From contig JBGPPG010000002.1 of the NCBI GenBank assembly GCA_041488455.1, positions 8,662 through 72,661 of the forward strand: 64,000 nucleotides of DNA, written 5' to 3'. Every line of letters begins with the position of its first letter. Within the stretch, counting starts at the first letter, position 1. The notes under the pieces are model-generated. The model made no database searches. It was not told the origin of the DNA and was given only the letters and a program-made list of their open reading frames with translations. This stretch comes from Gemmatimonadota bacterium. Its GTDB lineage: Bacteria > Gemmatimonadota > Gemmatimonadetes > Gemmatimonadales > GWC2-71-9. The translations under genes were made by a program, and so were the position numbers. Positions 34,816 through 44,887 of the stretch are shown here, piece by piece.

Positions 34816-35748
34816 TCAGTAGTTCCCGAGCGTCTCGAAGATCTGGATCAGCGCCGGGCCGAGAATGACCACGAACATGGCCGGAAAGATGAAGAGCACG
34901 AGCGGGAAGACCAGCTTGATCGTGGTCTTGGCCGCCGCCTCCTCGGCCCGCTGCCGCCGCTTGGTCCGCAGCGTGTCTGCCTGCACCCGGAGAGCCTGCG
35001 CGATCGACGTACCGAACCGGTCCGTCTGGATCAACATCGCCATGAGCGACTTGATATCGTCGAGTCCGGTGCGCTCGCCCATGTTGCGGAAGGCTTCTTC
35101 GCGGCCCGTGCCCGCCCGGATCTCGAGGTTCACGAGCGCGAGCTGCTCGCTCAAGACGGGGCTCAGCCGCTCGATTTCCTCCGAGACCCGCACCAGTGCC
35201 TGATTGAGCCCGAGACCGGCCTCGACGCAGACGACCATCAGATCGAGGGCGTCCGGGAGAGCCTTCTGCATCTCCTTCTGTCGGGTGCGGATGCGCCCGT
35301 TGACGTATACGGACGGCCCGACGTATCCGAGCCCTGCGAACCACAGGGTCCCGATCAGCGCGGTGAAGCTGGTAGGTCCGATGAATCCCAGGATGGTGAG
35401 CGCGCTGAACCCCATGGCGATCGGGAGCGCGATCCGGGCTCCGAGGAAGATCGGAACCGCGGCCGGGCTGGTGTACCCGGCTTGAAGCATCCGCAACCGG
35501 AGCTGCGGGAGGTCCTTCTGCGTCGGCTCGATCCGCTCGCCCAGCGCCTGCACCAGCGAGCCCAGCCGCTCCGCGCGGGCCTGCCGGCGGCGGCGGAGGA
35601 TCGACTCGGGCACGGCCGTCTCGGTCCCCTCCAGCTCCGCCAACCGGGCATTGATCGCGCTCTGCTGCCCCGGCGCCACTTCGCCGAGGAACAGCACGAC
35701 GAGCGTGACCGACAGAGCGATGAGCGCGAGGGCAACGAGTAGGATCAC
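34816..35748 (-). CDS. tadC: Tad pilus inner-membrane platform protein TadC (GspF-like)
   Basis: T2SS-F domain architecture with TM segments. Position after tadB. Confidence 0.85.
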   Translation of the reverse strand: MILLVALALIALSVTLVVLFLGEVAPGQQSAINARLAELEGTETAVPESILRRRRQARAERLGSLVQALGERIEPTQKDLPQLRLRMLQAGYTSPAAVPIFLGARIALPIAMGFSALTILGFIGPTSFTALIGTLWFAGLGYVGPSVYVNGRIRTRQKEMQKALPDALDLMVVCVEAGLGLNQALVRVSEEIERLSPVLSEQLALVNLEIRAGTGREEAFRNMGERTGLDDIKSLMAMLIQTDRFGTSIAQALRVQADTLRTKRRQRAEEAAAKTTIKLVFPLVLFIFPAMFVVILGPALIQIFETLGNY

Positions 35749-35755
35749 GTGCGCC

Positions 35756-36745
35756 TCAGATCTCGATGTCCACGATACGGCGGATCCAGTAGTACCCGAC
35801 GACTTGCATGACCGCCGCGACCGTCACCATCAGCTTGCCCAGCGGATGGGTGAACAGGAGCTGCATGTAGCTGGGGTTGAGCATGTAGATGAGCGTGCCC
35901 ACGATGATCGGTAGCAGCGCCAGCGTGTAGCCGGTGAACCGGCCCTGCGCCGTGTAGACCCGGAGCTGCCGGCGGATCGTGAACCGTGCCCGGATCACGC
36001 TCGCGAGATTGTCCAGCACCTCCGCCAGGTTGCCGCCGACCTCGCGCTGGATCAGGATCGCCGTCACCAGGATCCGCGCGTCCACCAGGTCCACCCGGTC
36101 CGCCATCGCGATGATCGCGTCGTCGAACGGGAGACCGAACCGCTGCTCCTCGAAGGTCTGCTGGAACTCGCCCGCGATCGGCTGGCTCGCTTCTTCGGCC
36201 ACCATCTTGAGGCCCGCCGAGAGTGGATGGCCGGCGCGGATCGTCCGGGCCAGCAAGTCGATGGCCTCGGGCAGCCCGGACTCGAACGCCTCGCTACGCA
36301 GCTTCCGTCTCCGTCGCAGGTAGAAGATGGGAAGAAAGGCCCCGAACGCGGCGGCGAGCACGGCGAGGGGCATTATGTTGGTGGCGACCAGCACGGCAAT
36401 CCCGAGACCCATCCCGAGGCCCGCCGATATGAGCGCCAGTGTCTCCACCCGCCACGGCAGACCGGCCTGCTGGATCAGGATCCCGAGGTCGCGAAGGCTG
36501 GGCGTGAACGCCCCCAGCGACCGCATCCACGCCGGCTGCTGATCCGCCGGGCGCCTGAGGAGGCCGCCTGAGCCGCTCAGTGCTTCCTGGTCGAGGACCG
36601 CGAGGCTCTTGAGCTCCTTGACCATCTGCTTCCGGCGGCGCCCCTCCTGCACGACCTCGAGCAGGAGGGCAAGCCCCAGCGTCCCGAGCACGACCGTGAG
36701 GAAGACGAGCCCGGCGGAGAGCAGGGAGGTCGAGGGCAGGCTCAC
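35756..36745 (-). CDS. tadB: Tad pilus inner-membrane platform protein TadB (GspF-like)
   Basis: T2SS-F-like membrane protein. 4-nt overlap with the cpaF/tadA stop. Confidence 0.85.
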   Translation of the reverse strand: MSLPSTSLLSAGLVFLTVVLGTLGLALLLEVVQEGRRRKQMVKELKSLAVLDQEALSGSGGLLRRPADQQPAWMRSLGAFTPSLRDLGILIQQAGLPWRVETLALISAGLGMGLGIAVLVATNIMPLAVLAAAFGAFLPIFYLRRRRKLRSEAFESGLPEAIDLLARTIRAGHPLSAGLKMVAEEASQPIAGEFQQTFEEQRFGLPFDDAIIAMADRVDLVDARILVTAILIQREVGGNLAEVLDNLASVIRARFTIRRQLRVYTAQGRFTGYTLALLPIIVGTLIYMLNPSYMQLLFTHPLGKLMVTVAAVMQVVGYYWIRRIVDIEI

Positions 36746-38190
36746 CAGCGACCCCCGCCGGCGGCGCGGTTGCCGCCTTCGCCGCGGTTCATGAAGAGCA
36801 GCGGACCGAGGTCGATGCCGTAGGCCTTGAGCCGGTCGGTGAACTTCGGCCGGATGCCCGAGGCCCGGAACCGGCCGAGGACCTTCTCATCCTCGCCGAT
36901 GCCCATGCGCTCGAACACGAAGATGTCCTGCATGGTGATCACGTCGCCTTCCATACCGGAGATTTCGGCAATCTGGATCACCTTGCGCGAGCCGTCGCTC
37001 AACCGGCTCACCTGGATCACGACCTGCACCGCGCTCGCGATCTGCTGCCGCACCGCACGCTCCGCCAGATCGAGGCTCGACATCGAAACCATCGTCTCGA
37101 TGCGGCTCAGGGCGTCGCGGGGGCCGTTGGCGTGCACCGTGGTGACGGATCCGTCGTGGCCGGTGTTCATAGCCTGGAGCATGTCCACCGCTTCGCCGCC
37201 GCGGCACTCACCCATGATGATCCGGTCGGGCCGCATGCGGAGGGCGTTGATGAGGAGCAGGCGCTGGGGTACTTCGCCCGTGCCCTCGATGTTGGCCGGG
37301 CGGGTCTCCAGGCGGACCACGTGCGGCTGCTTGAGCTGAAGCTCCGCCGAGTCTTCGATCGTAACGATGCGCTCCGTCACCGGGATGAACCCGGAGAGGA
37401 CGTTCAGTAGCGTCGTCTTGCCGGCGCCCGTGCCGCCCGAGATGATCACGTTGAGCCGGGCGCGCACGATGCCCTTGAGCAGCTCGAGCATCGGCTCGGT
37501 GAGGCTCTCCTTGGCCAGGAGGTCCTCGCCGCTCAGGGCGTCGCGCTTGAATTTGCGGATCGACAGGTGGGGCCCGTCGATCGCCAGCGGCTTGATGATC
37601 GCGTTGACACGGGACCCGTCGGCCAGGCGGGCGTCCACCATGGGCGAGGAGTCGTCGATCCGCCGGCCCACCGCCGAGACGATCCGGTCGATGACCTGGA
37701 GCAGGTGCCTGTCGTCCTGGAAACGGACGTCGGTCGTCTCCAGTTTGCCGTAGCGCTCGATGTACACCTGTTTGTAGGTGTTGACGAGGATGTCGGACAC
37801 TTCCTGGTCCTGCATCAGTGGCTCGATCGGCCCCAGCCCGAAGATCTCGTCCAGCACCTGCCGCACCAGCTCTTCCCGCTCCTCGAAGTTGAGCGGAGCG
37901 GACTCCTGCGCCAGCAGATCGTGGACGACCTTGCGGATCGCGTCCACCACCTGATCCCGCGACAGCTTGTCGAGACTCGAGAGGTTGAGCCGCTCGATCA
38001 GCTTCCGGTGGACCCGGCCCTTGATCTCCTGGAAGAAATGCTGCTTGGCCCCGGAGACGACGGGCGTGTCCAACCGCACCGGTGGTGTCGGTTGCGACGG
38101 CGGTTCCGTCGCCCGCTCCCAGGGCAGCTTGAAGCGCGTGTCGGTCGTATTCCTGGCCTTCGCGCCGTCCTTATCCGCGGGCTCCGTCAT
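36742..38190 (-). CDS. cpaF: Tad pilus secretion ATPase CpaF/TadA
   Basis: Walker [13 protein letters not shown], Asp box, Walker B, His box ([12 protein letters not shown]). Typical CpaF length. Confidence 0.93.
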   Translation of the reverse strand: MTEPADKDGAKARNTTDTRFKLPWERATEPPSQPTPPVRLDTPVVSGAKQHFFQEIKGRVHRKLIERLNLSSLDKLSRDQVVDAIRKVVHDLLAQESAPLNFEEREELVRQVLDEIFGLGPIEPLMQDQEVSDILVNTYKQVYIERYGKLETTDVRFQDDRHLLQVIDRIVSAVGRRIDDSSPMVDARLADGSRVNAIIKPLAIDGPHLSIRKFKRDALSGEDLLAKESLTEPMLELLKGIVRARLNVIISGGTGAGKTTLLNVLSGFIPVTERIVTIEDSAELQLKQPHVVRLETRPANIEGTGEVPQRLLLINALRMRPDRIIMGECRGGEAVDMLQAMNTGHDGSVTTVHANGPRDALSRIETMVSMSSLDLAERAVRQQIASAVQVVIQVSRLSDGSRKVIQIAEISGMEGDVITMQDIFVFERMGIGEDEKVLGRFRASGIRPKFTDRLKAYGIDLGPLLFMNRGEGGNRAAGGGRW

Positions 38191-39428
38191 CCTTCGTCTC
38201 CTGGCTTGCGCGCGAGCTTGCCCATCAGCGTTCCCATGAGCCGGCTCGCGCTCCCGCGGGGCCGGTCCTTCGCTGCTCCCAGCCCGGCGATCTGCGCGCC
38301 GAGCGCCTTCACGTCCTTGGTGTACTTGGAGCTGCCGTTGAGCACGATCGGCTTGCCCGCGTTGATCGAGCGGATCACCGCCTCGTAGTCGTTGCTCAGT
38401 GTCCAGAACACCTTGAGGCCCAGGGTCTGCTCGACCTCCTTGAGCCCGATCTCCTCGTCCGGCTGGTACCGGTTCACGATCAATCGGGTCTGCTCCAGGC
38501 CCCGCGGCAGGACCCGCTTGAGCAGGGGCAGGCCGCGCTGGACATTCCGCAGAGACGGCAAGTCCAGGGCCACCATCAGCAAAACGAGCTCCGACTGGTC
38601 GAAGGCCGCGAGCGTGGTCGGCGCGAACGACTTCGGCGTATCCACGATCACGTACTCGTAGTGGAGCTTGAGGAACTGGATGATCTTACGGATCTCGTCC
38701 GCCGAGGCGATCTCGCTCCGCTCCGGGTGGAACGGCGCCGACAGCAGGTGCACCCCCGACTGGTGCTGCTCGATGTACGAGGCTAGCAGCCCGGCGTCCA
38801 TCCGGTGGAAGTTCTGCACCATGTCCACCAGGTTGAACCGCGGGCGCACGCCCAGGAGCACCGCCACCTCGCCCAGCTCGAGATCGAGATCCACCAGGAG
38901 CGTCCGCTTCCCGGTGAGGCGGTGGAGCACGATGGCGAGGTTGGTAGCGAGTGTCGTGGCCCCGGTGCCGCCCTTGGCCCCGAAGACCGAGAAGACCTGA
39001 CCCGGCTTGCGGGCCGACTCGGTGGCGCGTCCCAGCAGCACGATGACCCGCTGGAGGGCGGCCGCCAGCGCGTCCGGCTCGACCGGCTTCTGGAGGTAGT
39101 CGGAAACGCCCGCCCGCATGGCGGCGAGAAGCAGGGACTGCGAGAGCGAGGGCCCGAAGGCCAGGACCCGCTGGCCCGCATGCGACTCCGCCAGGAACTG
39201 GATCAGCTTGACCCCGACATCGGGGTCGTCCTCCAGGTCCACGAGCAGGAGGTCGGGGGCCGCGTGGCGGAGCGCGCGGATCTGCTCCTCGCCGAAGTCG
39301 GCGAACTTGAGCGCCAGCTCCTGCGCGATCCGGAAACCCTTCCCGCTCTCGGTCAGCGCTTCGCGGAGACGGTCACGGAACCGAATGTCGGTCGAGATGA
39401 TGGCGACCCGAATCTGGGACTCGGTCAC
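38187..39428 (-). CDS. cpaE: CpaE/TadZ pilus localisation protein (REC-like domain + MinD/ParA ATPase)
   Basis: N-terminal receiver-like domain ([14 protein letters not shown]). Deviant Walker [18 protein letters not shown]. Confidence 0.88.
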   Translation of the reverse strand: MTESQIRVAIISTDIRFRDRLREALTESGKGFRIAQELALKFADFGEEQIRALRHAAPDLLLVDLEDDPDVGVKLIQFLAESHAGQRVLAFGPSLSQSLLLAAMRAGVSDYLQKPVEPDALAAALQRVIVLLGRATESARKPGQVFSVFGAKGGTGATTLATNLAIVLHRLTGKRTLLVDLDLELGEVAVLLGVRPRFNLVDMVQNFHRMDAGLLASYIEQHQSGVHLLSAPFHPERSEIASADEIRKIIQFLKLHYEYVIVDTPKSFAPTTLAAFDQSELVLLMVALDLPSLRNVQRGLPLLKRVLPRGLEQTRLIVNRYQPDEEIGLKEVEQTLGLKVFWTLSNDYEAVIRSINAGKPIVLNGSSKYTKDVKALGAQIAGLGAAKDRPRGSASRLMGTLMGKLARKPGDEG

Positions 39429-39451
39429 GGTGACACGTCTCTTTCTCTAGC

Positions 39452-40831
39452 CTACTCGACCAACTGCAGCTTCTTGATGAGCGAGCCGGTCGGTGACCCC
39501 GGCGGGGGCACGGTCCCCACGCTCTTCGCGAAGAAGAGGAGCCGCCCGTTGATCGCGGAGGTGAGCGGATCCACGTTGTCCACGAACACCACCGCAAAGT
39601 TGTTGAACTGGATGTTGCTCATGCCGGTGTTCACCTGACTCGGATTGAACAACGGCACGGTGATCACCCGAGCGCTGTTCTGCCAGCCCGTGTAGTCGCC
39701 GGTGCACGAGCCCCCGACCAGCTGCTTCACGGCGCCGGTGGTCACGCCGGTGATTGGGTCGGTGGACGAGGCCCAGCAGGCGTTCGGGTCCTGCCCGAGG
39801 AGCCGCTGCACGGCGGCGCTGGTTGAGTCCACGATGGCCGCCGAGTCCGCCGGTGGCGCGGTGGCGGTGCTCGGAAGTGGAGCGCTGAGCCCGATGGGGG
39901 CCGGGTTGCAGTGGTCGATGTTCCAGGCCTGCCAGGCGGCCGGGTTGCCCGGGTCCGACCCCAGGTACGCCTGCGCCTGGCTGCTGTCTACCGGCAGCGT
40001 GACGTTGTGCGTGAACGCGGGGTTCGCCTGCTGGCTCCACTGGTTCTGCGTGTTCAGGATCACCGGCCGGCCGTAGTCGTTCAGGTACTGGCTGCCCGCC
40101 GGATCTCCCCCCATCGGTGCGCCCAGCCCGCTGCCGTTCCGGAAGGGACTGCCGTAACCGGTGGTGCCGGCGGGATCACCCGGGCCGTTGAACCGGGAGT
40201 ACGGGTCTCCATTGTACTTCCAGTCCTCCGGAGCGATGCCCGACGGGTCGGTGTCGTCGAGCCGGTTCCCGTTCGCGTCGGCGCCGGTCGTTGAGTTCCA
40301 CATGTCCGACATGGCCAGTGGCTTCACGCACTTCGCTGTGCCCGCGTTCACCACCTGCGCGGCGGCCTTCGCGCTCACGGTCACGGAGTCGAAGTTGGCA
40401 CCCCAGACCTTGAAGTACTGCGCGAACCAGGTCCGAATGGGCCGCCGGATGAACACCCGGACCTTCTGGCTGTCGGAGAGGACCTGCACGTAGGCATCGG
40501 GCGCGTTCGCGAGCTTGATGCTCCCCCCGGCCGAGTCGGAGCGAATCACCCCGTTCGTGTCGATCATCTCGGTGCCCATGTAGTTGCGGGCGGCGTACTC
40601 CACCGCCTCGGCCACTGCCGAATCGAGGTTGGTCCCGAGACTCGCGTTCATGAACTCCTGCGCGCCCGCCAGTGCGGCAGCGTCCGCCACCCGTTGGGCG
40701 TCGGCCCGCACCTTGAGCAGCATCCCCATGTCGACCGCCAGCGCCGCCATCCCCAGCAGCGCGGCCATCGACAGCGCGACGAATACCGTCGTCGCGCCCC
40801 GCCGTTCCAGTCCTCTGCGCTTCATACGCAT
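39452..40831 (-). CDS. TadG-like pilus assembly protein (TadE/G-like N-terminal hydrophobic segment)
   Basis: N-terminus RGATTVFVALSMAALLGMAALAVDMGMLLKVRADAQRVADAAALAGA is typical of TadG-family pseudopilins. Confidence 0.75.
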   Translation of the reverse strand: MRMKRRGLERRGATTVFVALSMAALLGMAALAVDMGMLLKVRADAQRVADAAALAGAQEFMNASLGTNLDSAVAEAVEYAARNYMGTEMIDTNGVIRSDSAGGSIKLANAPDAYVQVLSDSQKVRVFIRRPIRTWFAQYFKVWGANFDSVTVSAKAAAQVVNAGTAKCVKPLAMSDMWNSTTGADANGNRLDDTDPSGIAPEDWKYNGDPYSRFNGPGDPAGTTGYGSPFRNGSGLGAPMGGDPAGSQYLNDYGRPVILNTQNQWSQQANPAFTHNVTLPVDSSQAQAYLGSDPGNPAAWQAWNIDHCNPAPIGLSAPLPSTATAPPADSAAIVDSTSAAVQRLLGQDPNACWASSTDPITGVTTGAVKQLVGGSCTGDYTGWQNSARVITVPLFNPSQVNTGMSNIQFNNFAVVFVDNVDPLTSAINGRLLFFAKSVGTVPPPGSPTGSLIKKLQLVE

Positions 40832-40855
40832 ACGCCTCCTCAGGCCCCTCTACCT

Positions 40856-42259
40856 CTACTGCGGTTGCTGCGGCGCCGGCGCCGGCTCCTGCGGCGTGCT
40901 CGGGACCGTGCCCGGCGCGGGCTTCTTGAATGTCTTGGACCAGGGCCAGTCGCCCGGCTCGCCGGTGGGAAGCGCCGGCGGCCGGTCGCTCGCCACCACC
41001 AGGTGGGGCGAGACCAGCACCAGAAGCTCGGTCCGCTTCTGCTGCAGGTTCTTCGACCGGAACAGCTGCCCCAGGATCGGAATGTCTCCCAGGAACGGAA
41101 TCTTCGTGATGTTGTCGGTGACGGTGTTGTCGAGCAGCCCCGCGATGGCGAGATACTGGCCCTCCCGCAGCTCCACCTCGGTCTCCGCCCGCCGGGTCGT
41201 GATCGTCGGGATAGTGAACCCGCTGATCACGAGGCCGTTGGCGAAGTCGAGGGCCGAGACCTCGGGCGCCAGCTTGAGCCGGATGGCCCCGCTGCGGGTG
41301 ATCGTCGGCGTGAACCGGAGCCGCACGCCGAACTCCTCGAACTGGACGCCGATCGCGTTGGACGCCCCGCCGCCCTGCACCGCCGGGAAGGGGAACCGGC
41401 CGCCCGCGAGGAAGTAGGCCTCCTTGCCGGGGAGCGTCATCAGGTTGGGCTCAGCCAGGTCGCGGAAGTCGCCCCGCTGCTCGGCCGCGTTGATCAGCGC
41501 CTGGAGCTGCGGGTTCCCGGGCAGGTTGTCCAGCAGGAAGCTCACCGTCGTGGCCGTAGCACTCGGATCGGTCGAGCTGGTGTAGTTGCCGTTGTCGCTC
41601 AGGATCTGCGGGTTCACCGTTTGGAGCTGGGTGCTCCACCGCTTGAGCAGGGAGCGGTTGATCTCCGCGAAGCGGACCCGGAGCAGCACCTGGACCGCCG
41701 GCGGTGCCACCAGGTTGTCGATGATCGTGGCCCCGGAGCCGCGGGCGATGTCGATCGCCCGGCCCACGGAGCCCGGATCCTTCACGTTGCCGCTCAATGT
41801 CACGGAGTTGCCGCTCGCGGTCACCGTGATCTGCTCGTCGGGCATGAGCTGGCGGAGATACCGCTCCAGCGCCGGCGCGTCGGCGGTCACTTCAACGGAG
41901 TACACCTTGACCTGGGTGGAGTTGTCCCAGATGAGAAGCGTGGTGGAGCCGAGGCCCTTGCCGTTGATCACGACTTCGGTCGGCGAGACGATCGTCGCTT
42001 CGCAGATGCTCGGGTCGCCCACCGAGAAGCGCTGAAGCGCTACCGGGTTGACCAGCAGCACCGAGGCCCCCTTGGACACCGAGATCACCCGCTCCGGCTG
42101 GCTGAAGACCTGCTGGGCCCTGAGCGCGGGCGCGGCGGCCACCGCCAGAAGGATGAGTCCCGGCAGGCACCGGGATAGGGACGACCGAACCCGACCACGC
42201 AGACGCTGGCTCACGGCGCTCCCATCCGCTGGGGTTGACGTCGGACCTGCTCGGACCAC
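40856..42259 (-). CDS. cpaC: Tad secretin CpaC/RcpA
   Basis: N-terminal pilus-formation domain (ISVSKGASVLLVNPVALQRFSVGDPSICEA). C-terminal secretin domain (IPILGQLFRSKNLQQKRTELLVLVSPHLV). Confidence 0.9.
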   Translation of the reverse strand: MVRAGPTSTPADGSAVSQRLRGRVRSSLSRCLPGLILLAVAAAPALRAQQVFSQPERVISVSKGASVLLVNPVALQRFSVGDPSICEATIVSPTEVVINGKGLGSTTLLIWDNSTQVKVYSVEVTADAPALERYLRQLMPDEQITVTASGNSVTLSGNVKDPGSVGRAIDIARGSGATIIDNLVAPPAVQVLLRVRFAEINRSLLKRWSTQLQTVNPQILSDNGNYTSSTDPSATATTVSFLLDNLPGNPQLQALINAAEQRGDFRDLAEPNLMTLPGKEAYFLAGGRFPFPAVQGGGASNAIGVQFEEFGVRLRFTPTITRSGAIRLKLAPEVSALDFANGLVISGFTIPTITTRRAETEVELREGQYLAIAGLLDNTVTDNITKIPFLGDIPILGQLFRSKNLQQKRTELLVLVSPHLVVASDRPPALPTGEPGDWPWSKTFKKPAPGTVPSTPQEPAPAPQQPQ

Positions 42260-43107
42260 TAGAACTTCTGCAACGAGCGCACACCACCCCGGAAGACCTC
42301 GATCACCGTCTGCGACGGCTCCGGCACGCTCAGCTCCCGCACCGCTGCGGCGGTCCGCGGCCGCGGGGCGGCGGCACGATTGGCGGGCGGCCCGAACAGG
42401 AGCGCGCTCACGCGGGTGCCCCGCGTCTCCACGTGGAGCGTGTCGAGCATGTTCCGGAGGGCGAGCTGGATCCGGCCCTGGTTCGCGGCCAGCGCGAGGG
42501 TCTCCGCCTGCTCCGGCGTCACCAGGAGCGTCACGACCGGGACCGTCTGCGCCTTGCCTTCCTTATCCTGCTGGATGGACTGACCTGCCGCGAGGGTCTT
42601 CACATTCTGCATGATGACCCGGGTGGACTGCTCCTTCGAGCCGCTGGCGTCGTTCATGGTGAGCAGCACGTCCACGCGGGTCGAGGGGAGCACGAAGCCA
42701 GCCACTCCGACCACTTGGTCCACCGCCACGCTCAGCGCGCGCATGCCTTGGTCGATGATCACGGGGAGGCCCCCGCCGGCGCCCCGGCGCGCCAGCTTGC
42801 CCTCGAGGAGCGGCTCGTTCTCCTGGACGGGGGTGATCAATCCCCGGCCCAGGGCCTCAGGGATGCTGCCGATGAAGCCGAGCGGGACCGCGCCTCCCAC
42901 CCATTCGACCGTCTTCACGTCACGCTCGCCGAGCACCGTGCCCAGCGGCAGATCGTGCGCGGCCACGACCACTTCGGCGTTCTTGGGCCCGGAGGAAATC
43001 AGCGGTCGGGCCTGCTGGCGGATGTACTGCATCGCCAGGTATGCGGCTGCGCCGCCGGAAATTACGGCGAGCGCCAGCAAGATGAACGGTCGGTTCTTAC
43101 GTGCCAT
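42259..43107 (-). CDS. cpaB: Flp pilus assembly protein CpaB/RcpC (SAF domain)
   Basis: N-terminal anchor MARKNRPFILLALAVISGGAAAYLA and a SAF-like domain. 1-nt overlap with the cpaC start. Confidence 0.88.
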   Translation of the reverse strand: MARKNRPFILLALAVISGGAAAYLAMQYIRQQARPLISSGPKNAEVVVAAHDLPLGTVLGERDVKTVEWVGGAVPLGFIGSIPEALGRGLITPVQENEPLLEGKLARRGAGGGLPVIIDQGMRALSVAVDQVVGVAGFVLPSTRVDVLLTMNDASGSKEQSTRVIMQNVKTLAAGQSIQQDKEGKAQTVPVVTLLVTPEQAETLALAANQGRIQLALRNMLDTLHVETRGTRVSALLFGPPANRAAAPRPRTAAAVRELSVPEPSQTVIEVFRGGVRSLQKF

Positions 43108-43116
43108 AACGCTCCC

Positions 43117-43524
43117 TCACTCGTTCCGCATGGTGAACGAGCTGACGATCTGGATCGTGCCGAACGCGCTCCTGAAGAACATGAACGAGTACGGGAACCG
43201 CACCGTCGCCGTCTGTGGGAGGCCGGTCGCCTTCCAGTTCGCGCCGGTCTGGCTGAAGTCGACTGTTGCCACCGTCGTATCCACCCCCGCCTGAGCCAGC
43301 CGGAACATCACGAAGTCGTGCACCTGCTGCTCGGTGATGGTCGGGTCCGCTATCACCGCCTGGCGGGCCCCCTCGCGCGTCGCATCGCTCACCCTCTGAT
43401 CGATATTCCAGACCCGGGCGAACTCGATGATGCCCAGCAGCAGCATGAGCAGGATCGGAAGAATCAGCGCGAACTCCAGGAGCGCCTGCCCCTTGGTCTC
43501 GGCCCGCAACGCGCGCAGCCTCAT
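43117..43524 (-). CDS. tadE: TadE-like minor pilin/pseudopilin
   Basis: ATG 43524 in an ATGA overlap with the tadV stop. GQALLEFALILPILLMLLLGIIEF is the TadE N-terminal motif. Confidence 0.82.
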   Translation of the reverse strand: MRLRALRAETKGQALLEFALILPILLMLLLGIIEFARVWNIDQRVSDATREGARQAVIADPTITEQQVHDFVMFRLAQAGVDTTVATVDFSQTGANWKATGLPQTATVRFPYSFMFFRSAFGTIQIVSSFTMRNE

Positions 43525-44069
43525 GACATCAGCCCTCCCGCAAACCACCACAGCAAGCTGCCTGCCGCGATCGCGATCCCATAGGGCACCGTGAGCCGCT
43601 CTCCACCGGCGGCGGTCAGGCTGGCCGGCCGCCGCCCGAAGGTCACCCAGCTGACGATGAGCGATCCGCACGCCCTGAGCGTCGGCAAGAGCACGCCGCG
43701 CCGGGCCGCCTCCACCACCGCGACCAGGCCGCCGATCACAGCAATGACCAGCGACGCCGAAGCCAGATCGCCCGGCCCCATGAACGCCCCGACCGCCATT
43801 AGCAGCTTGGCGTCCCCTCCGCCAAGCACGCCTGCGACGAAGAACGGCAGCGCCAGGAGCAGCGCCAGGGCAACGCCAAGCACCCCACTCAGCACCACAC
43901 CCGGTCCCATCCACGCCCGGATGACCAATCCCGCGATGACCCCGCCCATGGTGAGCCAGTTCGGAATCCGCCGCGATTTGAGATCCGTCCAACTGGCCCC
44001 GAGCATCACCAGAACGAGCAGGACGCTCGCGGCCGTTTGCTGCACGCCAAAGATACGCATCAGGTACAA
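43521..44069 (-). CDS. tadV: prepilin peptidase CpaA/TadV (A24 family)
   Basis: Polytopic membrane protein with the catalytic Asp motifs WTDLKSRRIPN and GGGDAKLL. Start at TTG 44069 or ATG 44060. Confidence 0.85.
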   Translation of the reverse strand: MYLMRIFGVQQTAASVLLVLVMLGASWTDLKSRRIPNWLTMGGVIAGLVIRAWMGPGVVLSGVLGVALALLLALPFFVAGVLGGGDAKLLMAVGAFMGPGDLASASLVIAVIGGLVAVVEAARRGVLLPTLRACGSLIVSWVTFGRRPASLTAAGGERLTVPYGIAIAAGSLLWWFAGGLMS

Positions 44070-44140
44070 GGCCGTCAGCAGGGCAAGAACGAAAGATCTG
44101 CCCCTGCCCGGCTGCCGGTGGCCTTACCTTCCGCTCAAGC

Positions 44141-44329
44141 TCACGGAAAGGCTGCGCCCGGCGCGTTGTTCAGCACGCTGGCCGCGTTGTTGAACACGTT
44201 GCCGATGCTATTCCTGAGCACCAGCAGGATCGCGACGAGCCCTACCGCGACGAGCGCGATGATCAGGGCGTACTCCACGAGGCCCTGACCGGCCTCATCG
44301 CTCCAGAACGTCCGCCACAACGACTGCAT
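44141..44329 (-). CDS. flp: Flp family type IVb pilin
   Basis: 62 aa. Flp motif GQGLVEYALIIALVAV (G/xxxxEY). GAGGAGG Shine-Dalgarno upstream of ATG 44329. The track ORF's N-terminal extension was rejected. Confidence 0.9.
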   Translation of the reverse strand: MQSLWRTFWSDEAGQGLVEYALIIALVAVGLVAILLVLRNSIGNVFNNAASVLNNAPGAAFP

Positions 44330-44887
44330 GCATCCTCCTCGGCCGTCCGGCCAGGCGGGTGGGAAGTTGGGTCCCCGAACGTTCGGCGGGGTCCCTCGCG
44401 GGCAGGCCACCGTTGGCCCACCGTCAACGACTGTGCAGATTCTGAGGGGTCCAGCGGTGTCGCAAGTTCGACCGACCCCGGGCGCAAGTCATGTGCCCCT
44501 CTGGAACCGCCGCGGTATTGTGCACTCAACGTCTTACGCCACAGGCAATTGAGACATGATGCGGCCACCGGCCCGGACATCGCTTCACCCGCCGTTGGAG
44601 GCGTCCGCGAGGCGGGCCGGTCGTCGCAGCCGCACAACGGTCCCCTCGCACGCAGGCGTCGCAAGGGATCCGGAAGTCTTTCAGCACCTGCCGGATATCG
44701 CCGGCTCAGCCGGCCATCCGGGTGCCGCAAATCTTCTCAACTTTGCCCCGGCGCGACAGATCAGAATTGCGGCGCCTATGCAACAGGCGGCACTACAAGG
44801 CTACCGGCTTTTCGGGCCCCTCAACGCCCTGCAGGCGGCCCAAATCGTGCTTCCCCGCCCGGGATCATCAACTCCATCCCCGCGCAC

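Noticed and set aside
44070-44140. Hairpin (GCAGGG...CCCTGC) between flp and tadV as a pilin-gene attenuator
   Set aside because: Only a 6-bp stem with an 18-nt loop and no U-tract. Too weak to call.
44330-44480. Sigma54 promoter or c-di-GMP riboswitch upstream of flp
   Set aside because: I scanned both strands for TGG-N9-TTGC and for GEMM-like conserved segments. No match had correct spacing.
44263-44730. 155-aa minus and 74/111-aa plus ORFs in the flp upstream region, and a possible second flp gene
   Set aside because: Translations are R/P/G-rich with no Flp G-x4-EY motif, no SD and no TM segment. Treated as non-coding.
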